Positions 39,671 to 49,569 of a stretch of 64,000 nt of DNA are shown in pieces. How positions within the stretch are numbered: the stretch's first letter is position 1; every line of letters begins with the position of its first letter. The position numbers were made by a program, and so were the translations under genes. This DNA is from Fibrobacterales bacterium (GTDB lineage: Bacteria > Fibrobacterota > Fibrobacteria > Fibrobacterales > JAOPTW01): the NCBI GenBank assembly GCA_051532055.1, contig JAOPTX010000025.1:11449-75448 (forward strand), given 5' to 3'. Below the pieces are notes generated by a model. That model was not told where the DNA came from. It ran no database searches and was given only the letters and a program-made list of their open reading frames with translations.

Positions 39671-41500
39671 ATGAAGAGATGCTTCTTATTAGTACTCCTC
39701 TCTTTGTTGTCGTTATTTGTGATGAATTGCGGCAAAGTTAAAGAGAGTGATTCCAAATACCCTCGATCAGAATGCCTTTTTATTGGTGGCTCTCAATGGG
39801 GTGAAGCTACAACTTTTAATCCTCTCAGTGATTGGCCGGCATGGCCCAGCAATGGTCAAGTTAATTTGGTTTATGAATCTCTTTTGATGTTTAATATGCT
39901 CACGGGAGAGGTTGAACCACTGTTGGCGCAAAGTTATTCCCATGAGAAAAATGGAATTAGTGTAATTCTCAATCCTTATGCTCATTGGAATGATGGGAAA
40001 CCAGTGACGGCAAAAGATGTGAAGTTTTCTTTTGAAATTGGTCAGCGCTATAAAAATGTTCCTGTGAGTCATGTCTGGGATTACATATCAGAAATAGACA
40101 TAGAGCAACTTGGGTTAAAGAGAAAGAATTTTGATGAGCCCGACAAAACCTTTGATGCAATAGTTATTGATAGCCTGAATCCATATAAACTGACCTTTGT
40201 GGTTAATAAAAGCCGAAATAACCCTTTGATTGTCATGGATATTTTAGGGGGTACTAATATAATTCCCGAACATATTTTTGGAGTAATGTTAACAGAGGCT
40301 TCTGGCGATATAAGTGTAGTTAAGCAAAATCGACTGGATAATAGTCCTGTGGGTTCAGGTCCATACAAAATTTTTGAAGAGTCTCCAGAAAAGATAGTAC
40401 TAATACGTGACCCTAACTATTGGGGGAATAAAGTACTATATAATGGAAAGCTGCCCGCCCCCAAATATATTATCCACCCTATATACAAATCAAATGATCA
40501 CTACAGCTTGGCACTTCAACAAGGAAACCTTGATATTTCAGAGACATTTATACCACGCATATGGTTGAAAGAGCGTAAAGGAGTTAAAGCGTGGTTTCCG
40601 GAGCCTCCTTATTTTATTGCAGGTTCTATGCCAATGTTTGTGCCTAATGTGACCCGTAAACCACTCGATGATATTCAGTTTAGACGGGCCATGGCCTTTG
40701 CAATTAATTATGCTGATATCAGAGATCTTGCAGTTTCGGGATATAGTGATTCACTGAGTTCTGGTTTGATCCTTCCCTTTGGAAATGAAGCGCGTTATTT
40801 TCATAAAGGTGATGCAGACAGCTTGGGAGTCCGCTTTGATATTGGTGAAGCAAAAAAGATTTTAGCTGAAGCGGGTTATCGGTCGACATTTAATTCAAAA
40901 GGTGAGCTAGAAGAGATGCGGGGGCCTGATGGCTCCGTTATTCCAACGCTCTATATTCAATCACCGGTTGGATGGTCAGATTGGGAATCTATCGTTCGAA
41001 TAGCGGTTAAGAGTATGCGTGAAGCAGGCATAGATATCCGTCAAAAATTTATTGATGCCTCTCTTTTTTATGGTGATAGGCCTCTGGGGAAATTCGACGT
41101 TATGCTGGATAATCCTGCTCCTGACATTATCCCTTCTCGGCCTTGGTCTCGATTTGAAACCGTTTGTGGTGCACGAGACTGGCGTAAAGAAGGAGAACGT
41201 ATGAGTCGTAATTATGGCAGATATAAAAATGCAATGCTCGATAGTATATTAAATGTAATTCCGACTCTTACTGATACTATAGCCCTAAAACAATCTTATA
41301 GAGTACTCAATCAAATTGTGATGAAAGAGCTCCCTGTGTTACCAGTGGTGTATCGTCCACAGATGTACTACGAATACAGTACGAAACACTGGAGTAACTT
41401 TCCGAACTCATCCAATCCTTATGCCCCGCCTTCTCAATTAGTACACGCGGCAGGGATCAAAGCGCTTTGGCAGATTAAATCCGTGAAGGAGACCAAGTAG
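39671..41500 (+). CDS. ABC transporter substrate-binding lipoprotein, family 5 (Opp/Dpp fold, probably oligosaccharide-binding)
   Basis: Lipoprotein signal ..LFVMNC; YESL, PLLA, WNDGKPVTAKDVKFSF, PVGSGPY, PVGWSDW. Confidence 0.9.
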   Translation: MKRCFLLVLLSLLSLFVMNCGKVKESDSKYPRSECLFIGGSQWGEATTFNPLSDWPAWPSNGQVNLVYESLLMFNMLTGEVEPLLAQSYSHEKNGISVILNPYAHWNDGKPVTAKDVKFSFEIGQRYKNVPVSHVWDYISEIDIEQLGLKRKNFDEPDKTFDAIVIDSLNPYKLTFVVNKSRNNPLIVMDILGGTNIIPEHIFGVMLTEASGDISVVKQNRLDNSPVGSGPYKIFEESPEKIVLIRDPNYWGNKVLYNGKLPAPKYIIHPIYKSNDHYSLALQQGNLDISETFIPRIWLKERKGVKAWFPEPPYFIAGSMPMFVPNVTRKPLDDIQFRRAMAFAINYADIRDLAVSGYSDSLSSGLILPFGNEARYFHKGDADSLGVRFDIGEAKKILAEAGYRSTFNSKGELEEMRGPDGSVIPTLYIQSPVGWSDWESIVRIAVKSMREAGIDIRQKFIDASLFYGDRPLGKFDVMLDNPAPDIIPSRPWSRFETVCGARDWRKEGERMSRNYGRYKNAMLDSILNVIPTLTDTIALKQSYRVLNQIVMKELPVLPVVYRPQMYYEYSTKHWSNFPNSSNPYAPPSQLVHAAGIKALWQIKSVKETK

Positions 41501-42577
41501 ATGAACCCTACCCTACGCTATATTTTTCAAAGGGGCCTTTGGTATATTGCAACTTTTATTATTGCAACGATCGTCACTTTTATTCTTCCTCGCATGAGTG
41601 AAAAAGACCCCTATGATAGTCTTCTTGCTAAGGCAACCGCAAATTTAGAGACTGAGGCCGCTCAAGAGAAGGAAGAAGCCTATTTATTAGAATTTGAAGT
41701 ACTCCAAACGGTGACAGTCCGTGACTCTATCACTGGTGAGGCTCGTGAAGTTATTTTACGAGATGAGGATGGAATACCACTGAGAAAGACACTGGTTCAG
41801 CAGTTTGTACAATATTTCGGAATGATTCTGTCTGGTGATCTTGGACTCTCAATTGCAAAATATCCAAAGCGAGTTTATGAAATACTGAGCGAGTCAATAC
41901 CATGGACCCTTGCCATTCAAGTGCCGACAATATTACTTGGCTGGCTTGTTGGTAATCTATTAGGAGCACTTGCGGCCTACAAACGAGGTATATTTGATAA
42001 CCTCTTTTATCCATTCTCTCAGTTTACCAGTTCAATACCCGCCTTTAGTTTTGCTATTTTACTTGTCTATATTTTTGGTATAGAGCTTGAGTGGTTTCCA
42101 GCAATTGGAGCCTATTCTGATGCCTTGACTCCAGAGTGGAGTTGGGTGTTTTTCGAAAATGTTGCAGCGCACTATACCCTCCCCTTTATGTCAGTATTTC
42201 TCGGTGTTGTAGGAAGTCAGGCAATAGGCATGCGTTCAATGTGTATCTATGAGCTGGGTACTGATTATATACGGTATGCAAAGCAGCTCGGTGTGTCAGA
42301 GAAAAAAATACTCTATTACACTTTCAGAAATGCAATACTACCCCAACTGACTGGCCTTGCTATTGCCCTTGGGGTAATGATTTCTGGGGCAGTATTAGTA
42401 GAGATGATTTTTTCTTACCCTGGTGTTGGCATGGCCCTGCTTAATGCAACCATATCATTTGATACCCCGGTCATTCAAGCAAGTGCGTTACTTATTACCT
42501 GTGCAGTACTGATAGCAAACTTTACGGTTGATATTCTTCTTGGCTTTTTAGATCCACGTATTAAAGCGGGTCAATAG
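41501..42577 (+). CDS. ABC transporter permease (OppB/DppB-like)
   Basis: GDLGLS, IPWTL, DYIRYAKQLG, RNAILPQ, EMIFSYPG, LDPRI. Confidence 0.92.
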   Translation: MNPTLRYIFQRGLWYIATFIIATIVTFILPRMSEKDPYDSLLAKATANLETEAAQEKEEAYLLEFEVLQTVTVRDSITGEAREVILRDEDGIPLRKTLVQQFVQYFGMILSGDLGLSIAKYPKRVYEILSESIPWTLAIQVPTILLGWLVGNLLGALAAYKRGIFDNLFYPFSQFTSSIPAFSFAILLVYIFGIELEWFPAIGAYSDALTPEWSWVFFENVAAHYTLPFMSVFLGVVGSQAIGMRSMCIYELGTDYIRYAKQLGVSEKKILYYTFRNAILPQLTGLAIALGVMISGAVLVEMIFSYPGVGMALLNATISFDTPVIQASALLITCAVLIANFTVDILLGFLDPRIKAGQ

Positions 42578-42585
42578 GAGTATAT

Positions 42586-43422
42586 ATGAAAATATTTTCG
42601 CAACTTACAAAAAGTCCTCTTTTTATTATTGGCTCCATTATTCTCTCAATAGTTATGCTCATTGCACTTATTGGGCCATGGTTTACCGACGCTGATGCAT
42701 TTACACGAGTGGGTCTCCCTTATGTAGGGCCAGAAAATGGGTTAATCCTTGGTACCAATGCCATGGGGAAAGATATGTGGGCGGTACTTGTAGCGGGGTT
42801 ACGCTCATCACTCTATGTTGGGTTACTCGCAGGTAGTATCGCAACAGTGTTAGGGACACTCATTGGCATCTATAGTGGGTATAAGGGAGGCATTGTAGAT
42901 AACCTTCTTACACTGGTCACAAATATGTTTATGACCATTCCTGTGTTTATTATCCTGATCCTTATTAGTAATAGTTTAGAAAGCGGTCGATCATTAACGC
43001 TTATAGCAATTATGATTGGGCTTATGCAGTGGACCTGGACGGCACGTGCAGTTCGCTCACAAGCGGTAAGTCTAAAGAATAGAGATCATGTGAATCTTGC
43101 AAAGGTAAATGGCTACGGTACCTTCGCTATTGTAATTCAACATATTCTCCCCTACATAATGTCTTATGTATTTATGGTGTTTATTATACAGCTCAGCTCT
43201 GCAATTATGACTGAAGCAGGCTTGAGTATTATGGGCTTAGGGCCCTACGATTCAGAATCTCTCGGTAAAATATTACAAGATGCTATTGCAAATGAAGCGT
43301 TGACAGATGGGGCATGGTGGGCGTTTTTACCTGCGGTTATTCTTCTCACTCTGATACAATTTTCACTCTATATCATTAATACATCAATGGAAGGGGTATT
43401 TAATCCCCGTCTAAGAAAATAG
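42586..43422 (+). CDS. ABC transporter permease (OppC/DppC-like)
   Basis: LGTNAMGKD, ARAVRSQ, HILP, EAGLSIMGLG, WW, FNPRLR. Confidence 0.92.
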   Translation: MKIFSQLTKSPLFIIGSIILSIVMLIALIGPWFTDADAFTRVGLPYVGPENGLILGTNAMGKDMWAVLVAGLRSSLYVGLLAGSIATVLGTLIGIYSGYKGGIVDNLLTLVTNMFMTIPVFIILILISNSLESGRSLTLIAIMIGLMQWTWTARAVRSQAVSLKNRDHVNLAKVNGYGTFAIVIQHILPYIMSYVFMVFIIQLSSAIMTEAGLSIMGLGPYDSESLGKILQDAIANEALTDGAWWAFLPAVILLTLIQFSLYIINTSMEGVFNPRLRK

Positions 43423-43430
43423 GAGGACCT

Positions 43431-44405
43431 ATGTCGGCAATATTTACAGTAGATAATTTGGGTGCACACTATTTAACCCGTTTTGGCGTTAAGATACAGG
43501 CAGTTGATGGTGTTGATTTTGAGTTGCAGAAAGGTGATATTCTGGGAGTTGCCGGTGAATCAGGCTGCGGCAAGTCGACTCTAGTGAATGCATGTATGGG
43601 CCTTTATATGGCTCCACTCCATCATAGTTATGGCTCAGTAGCCCTGGGAGATCAATCTATCACGGATATGAGCCAAGATCAGATTCGACGTGATATTCTC
43701 GCTAAAGAGATTGCTATCATTCCTCAAGGAGCGCTCAACTCTTTGAATCCAACAAGAAAAATTAAAGACTTTGCGAGCGATGTGATGCAGTCACATCTTG
43801 GTAAGGTATCTAAGAAAGAGATTTTAGAACGATTGAGAGAACGATTCTCATTAATTGGACTTGATGCTGATAGAGTGCTTAATGCGTATCCGTGTGAAAT
43901 ACCTGCAGGGGTAAAACAACGGGTGGTTATTGGTATTTCGACGATTATGAATCCAAAGGTTGTGATTGCTGATGAGCCAACCTCAGCCCTTGATGTATCG
44001 ACTCAAAAGCAAGTGATATCACTTCTTTTCAATCTTATGGATAAAGAGATTATATCATCTATGATCTTTATTACTCATGAGCTTCCCCTGTTGAGACATG
44101 TGGCAAATAAGATTGCCATTATGTATGCAGGTGAGTTTGTTGAAGTAGGAAGTACAGAACAGGTGATATTTAATCCAATACAGCCCTATACAAAAGCACT
44201 GATGGGTTCAATGATAGAACCTGAGGCTGGTCAAAAAGACCGGAAGCCTGAGGCCATAGAGGGTGCGCCACCGAATCTCGCAGATGAAACAGTTGGATGT
44301 CGTTTTGCTGATAGGTGCAAAATGGCAACGCCTGAATGTGAGACAGAGCGTCAAAGCTTAAGAACAGTACACGATAGATTGGTGAGGTGTAATTATGTCG
44401 GCTAA
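43431..44405 (+). CDS. ABC transporter ATP-binding protein (OppD/DppD-like)
   Basis: Walker A GESGCGKS, Walker B IADEPTSALD, ITHE; C-terminal CRFADRC..C..C. Confidence 0.92.
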   Translation: MSAIFTVDNLGAHYLTRFGVKIQAVDGVDFELQKGDILGVAGESGCGKSTLVNACMGLYMAPLHHSYGSVALGDQSITDMSQDQIRRDILAKEIAIIPQGALNSLNPTRKIKDFASDVMQSHLGKVSKKEILERLRERFSLIGLDADRVLNAYPCEIPAGVKQRVVIGISTIMNPKVVIADEPTSALDVSTQKQVISLLFNLMDKEIISSMIFITHELPLLRHVANKIAIMYAGEFVEVGSTEQVIFNPIQPYTKALMGSMIEPEAGQKDRKPEAIEGAPPNLADETVGCRFADRCKMATPECETERQSLRTVHDRLVRCNYVG

Positions 44406-45180
44406 TGGATATAAATTTCAGGCACGGGACTTGAGTTGTGTTTTTGGCTCAGGAAAAGGCGCTTTAGTAGCAGTTGATAATGTAAGCTTTAATATTAAAG
44501 ACCAATCGATTGTCTCTATTGTTGGCGGCTCTGGCTGCGGGAAAACAGTTCTCGCAAAAATGTTATTAAATCTTCAGAAACCAACATCAGGTGAATTGCA
44601 GTATGATGGCAAAACCCTGAGTAATCCTAAAAACCACTGGAAATCAGTACAGTGTATTTTCCAAGACCCGTTTTCGGCGTTTAACCAATTTTTTAATGTT
44701 GAAAAACAGCTCAAGATGTCTTTTAACCTTTTTACGGTAAAACCATCGAAGAGTCAGCAGGATAAGATTGTACGTAAAGCACTTGAAGATGTAAACCTTA
44801 AACCTGATGAGTTCTTGAATAAATATCCGTTCGAGCTTTCAGGTGGACAGATGCAACGATTGCTCATTGCGCGCATATTTATAATTAGACCACAAGTGTT
44901 GATAGCTGATGAGCCAACTTCGATGGTAGACGCTTGTTCTCGTTCCAATATTCTTGACTATCTTCTCAAGCTAAAAAAAGAACTGAAGATGACCATTGTA
45001 TTTATTACCCATGATTTAGGCCTTGCCTACTATGTTTCAGATACGATTATGATTATGGATAGTGGCAAAATTATAGAGCAGGGTGATCCTGATCAGGTGA
45101 CTTTTCACCCTAAACATCCGAAGACTATTCAGCTTCTTGAAGATATTCCGCAGTTAAACCGAGAATGGATAAAGCACTAG
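44395..45180 (+). CDS. ABC transporter ATP-binding protein (OppF/DppF-like)
   Basis: GGSGCGKT, FQDPF, YPFELSGGQMQR, IADEPT, ITHDL. Confidence 0.93.
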   Translation: MSANGYKFQARDLSCVFGSGKGALVAVDNVSFNIKDQSIVSIVGGSGCGKTVLAKMLLNLQKPTSGELQYDGKTLSNPKNHWKSVQCIFQDPFSAFNQFFNVEKQLKMSFNLFTVKPSKSQQDKIVRKALEDVNLKPDEFLNKYPFELSGGQMQRLLIARIFIIRPQVLIADEPTSMVDACSRSNILDYLLKLKKELKMTIVFITHDLGLAYYVSDTIMIMDSGKIIEQGDPDQVTFHPKHPKTIQLLEDIPQLNREWIKH

Positions 45181-45445
45181 GAATAGCACAGGCTCTGTAC
45201 ACTCCTTGATACTCAAAAGGATCTTGACATACTAGAGTATGCCGGCGATACTTTTTCGCACCAATGAGAGGTACATATCCTGCACTCTTCATGTGAAATA
45301 ACTAAGAAATTCTTGAATAAAATTAAGTTATAATTTTCAAATGAATTCTGTATCAATGACGATTAGATCTATTGAACCTTACTTGTAATTTGCTTTGCTT
45401 TAGTTTTGAGATCCAAGGGGATCAGAACAGGGCGTTAGCTGGTAA

Positions 45446-46306
45446 TTATTTTTTCTGAGCTATGACGAAACGGTCATTTTCGGAGTAGTCTTTCTTTACT
45501 TCAATGAGTGAGATACCAATTGTTGACTCTATCAATTGGGTGAGAGCTTGTTTTTGATCATAGCCAATTTCTAGGACTATGAACCCCTCTTCCTTAAGAA
45601 AAGGAGATACTTCATTAAAAAACTGAGTATACCAATCGAGTCCAGTGGTTCCACCATCAAGGGCAAGCATAGGGTCGTACTCTTTCACCTCTGGTTCAAG
45701 CTCGGTAATCACTTGGGATGTAATGTAAGGCGGATTTGATACAATAATATCAAAGGGCCTTTGAGTTTTTAATACTTCACTTGAGAAAAGGTCAGCTTGT
45801 AAAAAACGGATTGTGTCAGTTAAGTTATTCTGTATTGCATTTTCCTGAGCAAGGCTCAGCGCTTCATGAGAAATATCTGTTCCGGTGTATGTGTGGCCAG
45901 TGATCTCTTGTGCAATTGAAAGAATAATTGCACCAGTGCCCACTCCAATATCAAGTATTGAAAGGTGCTCTTTTTCTTTGGTTAATTCAGAAACAATATC
46001 AACAATACCTTCTGTATCAGGCCGAGGAATGAGGGCGCGATTATCGCATTTGAGGTCAAGGTTTCTAAACCCTGTTTTACCAACAATATGTTGCAAAGGC
46101 TCTCGATTGCCTCGACGACCTACAAGAGGGCGGAGTGCGGTAAGATCTTCTTCCTGAAGGGGTTGATCAAATTTGAGGTAGAGGTCCATGCGCTCCATAC
46201 CAAGACCAAATGCAATGAGATGCTGCGCATCATACTTTGCATTATCGATACCTTTACTCTCAAAAAAAGAGGTAGTCTTATTGATGATCTCAAGTATAGT
46301 CGGCAT
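45446..46306 (-). CDS. prmC: Release factor glutamine methyltransferase
   Basis: REPLQHI, LIPRPDTE, LDIGVGTG, SNPPY, ALDGG; follows prfA. Confidence 0.95.
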   Translation of the reverse strand: MPTILEIINKTTSFFESKGIDNAKYDAQHLIAFGLGMERMDLYLKFDQPLQEEDLTALRPLVGRRGNREPLQHIVGKTGFRNLDLKCDNRALIPRPDTEGIVDIVSELTKEKEHLSILDIGVGTGAIILSIAQEITGHTYTGTDISHEALSLAQENAIQNNLTDTIRFLQADLFSSEVLKTQRPFDIIVSNPPYITSQVITELEPEVKEYDPMLALDGGTTGLDWYTQFFNEVSPFLKEEGFIVLEIGYDQKQALTQLIESTIGISLIEVKKDYSENDRFVIAQKK

Positions 46307-46308
46307 TA

Positions 46309-47385
46309 CTATCCAACATTCTCCATCTGACCGAGTTTTTCTTGTGATTCAGCAAGTTGGAGTGCATCAATCACCTCTTGAATATCACCATTGATAATCT
46401 GTTCAAGGCGATAGAGTGTAAGATTAATACGGTGATCGGTAAAACGACCTTGCGGGTAATTGTAGGTTCTGATTTTACCAGAACGGTCACCGGTTCCAAC
46501 TTTTGATTTTCGTTCTGCAGCCTGGACTGCCTGAGCTTTTGCAATTTCTGCATCAAGAATTCGTGAAGAGAGCTCTTTCATTGCTTTTGCTTTATTCTTG
46601 TGCTGAGATTTTTCATCCTGACAACTCACCACCACTCCAGTTGGAATGTGGGTAATGCGGATAGCAGAGTCTGTTTTATTCACGTGCTGACCACCTGCAC
46701 CAGATGCGCGGTAGGTGTCAACTTTAAGATCAGCGGGGTTGATATCAATATCAACTTCTTCGGCTTCAGGGAGGACAGCTACGGTTGCAGCAGAAGTATG
46801 AACTCTACCCTGGCTCTCAGTTTCGGGCACCCGTTGAACGCGGTGGATACCACTTTCAAACTTGAATGTTCCATAGGCTGAATTACCAGAAATATTGAGT
46901 TTTACCTCTTTATAGCCACCGGCAGTACCTTCACTTGCACTGAGAAGGGTTGTTTTAAAGCCTGCTTTTTCACAGTAGGCACGATACATACGCAATAGAT
47001 CACCAGTAAAAATCGATGATTCATCACCACCTGCACCAGCACGGATTTCCATGATAACATCTTTAGTATCATGAGGGTCTTTGGGTACGAGGAGGAATTG
47101 AAGGCGATCTTCCATTTCGGGAATTGCTTTTTCTAAACTTGAGAGTTCGGATTTAGCCATATCAACCATTTCTTGGTCACTTCCATCTGAGAGTATCTCT
47201 TTCCAGTCAGTGCGTTCGTTGACCATCTCGATATACTTTTTTCCGGCAATGACCGCTTCTTCAAGACTCTTGTAATTTTTGTTGAGTTTTGAAAATCGTG
47301 CCTGATCAGCTACCACATCGGGTTGGCCGAGCTCACTCTCAATTTCATCGTATTTCTCTATTACTTTCTGTACTTTTTCAATCAT
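46309..47385 (-). CDS. prfA: Peptide chain release factor 1
   Basis: GGQ motif (SGAGGQHVN), RVPETE (PxT), RTYNYPQGR. Confidence 0.97.
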   Translation of the reverse strand: MIEKVQKVIEKYDEIESELGQPDVVADQARFSKLNKNYKSLEEAVIAGKKYIEMVNERTDWKEILSDGSDQEMVDMAKSELSSLEKAIPEMEDRLQFLLVPKDPHDTKDVIMEIRAGAGGDESSIFTGDLLRMYRAYCEKAGFKTTLLSASEGTAGGYKEVKLNISGNSAYGTFKFESGIHRVQRVPETESQGRVHTSAATVAVLPEAEEVDIDINPADLKVDTYRASGAGGQHVNKTDSAIRITHIPTGVVVSCQDEKSQHKNKAKAMKELSSRILDAEIAKAQAVQAAERKSKVGTGDRSGKIRTYNYPQGRFTDHRINLTLYRLEQIINGDIQEVIDALQLAESQEKLGQMENVG

Positions 47386-47623
47386 GAGGGTAAAAATAGC
47401 TTTTTTTAAGGTATTTAGGAGTACTAATCGGTGATTGAAGTGAGTGTGTACTGGCCAATCTACCGAATTTCAGAAAATAGATGAGTAAAATAGTGGTAAG
47501 TTTTCTAAAAAATCGGTACACTCATTCTAGGTAGACTAAAGCACCTTGGGTATAATGGAACAAATATGTCAAAGTGGTGTGTTATTTTACTTATGTTAAT
47601 ACTGAACTGCAAATTGTGGATAT

Positions 47624-48442
47624 GTGATGCTAAGAGAATTTGATATTAAAAAAATTTCGGATATAGCCTTAAAAAAGGTTACAGAGATTGATATAATCAC
47701 GCCAAAAATTTTTGAAAAGACTTTTTTAGAAGTAGCTCAAGATCTTGGGTTTGATTCTGAAGCAGTACTTGATGGTAAAGTGAGTGATGACCTATTAGAA
47801 AATTCAATTTTGCAGTTAGAGGCATTTGATAAACAGACTCGAGAAAGTTTTGATTCATTAAAAACTACCACGAGCACAGCTTCTACAGCGATGGTTAATA
47901 ATGACCAGTCAGCTCTTAAGCAAGCTCAAACAGATATACAAAAACTTGAACAACGGTTACAAGAACTTGAAAATGATATCCATGAAGATGCATTGACTGG
48001 GGCTTATAATAGAAAATGGCTCCGGGATGTTCTTTTAAATGATCAGCAATTTAAAGTGAAAGGTTCAATGGCATTAGTTGACCTAGATACCTTTAAAGAA
48101 GTGAATGATACTTATGGCCATTTGGTGGGTGATAAAGTTCTTTCTCTCATCTGTTACCTAATGAAAAAACTACAGACTATAGAAAACTCTATTCGAATTA
48201 TTCGTTATGGAGGCGATGAGTTTTTGCTCTATTGTGAAAATCAAAATCTTTATTTTCTTGAAACAGAGCTTGAAAAAATACGAGCTGAACTCAAAAAGAA
48301 GCCGGTAAAAACACAAGGTAACTCCTTTAATGTCTCTTTCTCATATGGCCTTATTCAGATTGGTATTGGAGAGTCATTTGAAGAGGTGTTGGCAAAAGTT
48401 GATGAGCTCATGTATGCAGATAAGTCTAAAAATAGAGCTTAA
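47624..48442 (+). CDS. Diguanylate cyclase (coiled coil + GGDEF)
   Basis: DALTGAYNR, DLDTFKEVNDTYGHLVGD, RYGGDEF, MYADK. Confidence 0.9.
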   Translation: MMLREFDIKKISDIALKKVTEIDIITPKIFEKTFLEVAQDLGFDSEAVLDGKVSDDLLENSILQLEAFDKQTRESFDSLKTTTSTASTAMVNNDQSALKQAQTDIQKLEQRLQELENDIHEDALTGAYNRKWLRDVLLNDQQFKVKGSMALVDLDTFKEVNDTYGHLVGDKVLSLICYLMKKLQTIENSIRIIRYGGDEFLLYCENQNLYFLETELEKIRAELKKKPVKTQGNSFNVSFSYGLIQIGIGESFEEVLAKVDELMYADKSKNRA

Positions 48443-48500
48443 GGCATGTTTTTAATAAGCTAGGAAACCTTTAGGCCTCACGATAAAAAAATGATGACCT

Positions 48501-49469
48501 CTAGTTTGAGAAAACCTTTTCTTCCAATTCTTTTAAGCTCCTCTCAGTAGATACTTTTAATGAAGAGGTATAAATATTGAATTTTTTGAGTGTGTCGGAT
48601 GAGCATTTCACAGCATCTTTATCGGTTATCACAAAAATATCATCTGGATTTTTATTGCAATAACCCACTAACTTATCGGCGAAGATTCGACTGTGATTAG
48701 TAAGTGATATTATAGTGTCCACTCTGTAATTATTTTGTTGCAAGTGGCGTACGAATCCACTATTATCAGCAATAGCAGTGATGACAGTGACTGCCAGATC
48801 TTCTGAAAGAGATTTCCCCTGTGCGTTAAGTGGTTTAGAGTTCTCTGCAAAAAACGAATACGTATCAAAGGCAGTCTGTTCTTGTGGAACTGAGTTATGA
48901 CACCAAACTTCATTAATTGTAGAATGATCTTTGAGAAAACTCCTATGGCGACCTATAGGGAGAATATCCTTGAGAGATGATGGAAATGGGTATTTTTGTA
49001 AGCAAATGGTATACGCTTCATCGAGTCTAGGGTCCTCAATACCACCGTCAGAAAGTATGAGGTCAAATCCCTGAGTAGATAAACTTTTCCAGCTCTTAAA
49101 TCTATTTCGTGTGGCATAGACTGGAGAGGCATTGGTATTAGCGTGGATTTGAGCCTCATCTGAGCCGAATATTGAGGTAGCATGGGGAAGTACTCTTACA
49201 TCACTTCCTTTGCCAGAATTATAGATATCATATGCGAGAATTGCGCAGGAGTAGCCGCTATTTGAAAAGTGTTGGCATAGGTATTGGGTGACAGGAGTTT
49301 TGTGTTCTCCCCCAGATGAGAGCCCTCCAATACGTAAAAGTGGGGTCAATGATGTCTGCTTTTTTGGGGAACCCAAAAACAACTTTTTGTGTATTAGTGA
49401 TGCCCCCCTATAGAGGAGAGCCAAAGGGTAGAGAACGAAAAATTTAAAAGAGGGGGATTTAAGGTCCAT
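48501..49469 (-). CDS. lpxK: Tetraacyldisaccharide 4'-kinase-like protein
   Basis: IGGLSSGGEHKTP P-loop variant, SDEA, ILSDGG, LPIGRHR, ITDKDAVK. Confidence 0.7.
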   Translation of the reverse strand: MDLKSPSFKFFVLYPLALLYRGASLIHKKLFLGSPKKQTSLTPLLRIGGLSSGGEHKTPVTQYLCQHFSNSGYSCAILAYDIYNSGKGSDVRVLPHATSIFGSDEAQIHANTNASPVYATRNRFKSWKSLSTQGFDLILSDGGIEDPRLDEAYTICLQKYPFPSSLKDILPIGRHRSFLKDHSTINEVWCHNSVPQEQTAFDTYSFFAENSKPLNAQGKSLSEDLAVTVITAIADNSGFVRHLQQNNYRVDTIISLTNHSRIFADKLVGYCNKNPDDIFVITDKDAVKCSSDTLKKFNIYTSSLKVSTERSLKELEEKVFSN

Positions 49470-49569
49470 TTTTCAACAAATATGGTATAATAAATTACAT
49501 TAACTAGTATACCTATTTCAAGTGGTTTTGTCCTTGTTCTGGGGTGTATTGCTGGTTTGAATTGGAAAA

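Noticed and set aside
47461..47519. Imperfect inverted repeat upstream of the GGDEF gene
   Set aside because: Weak, AT-rich and single copy; compatible with chance
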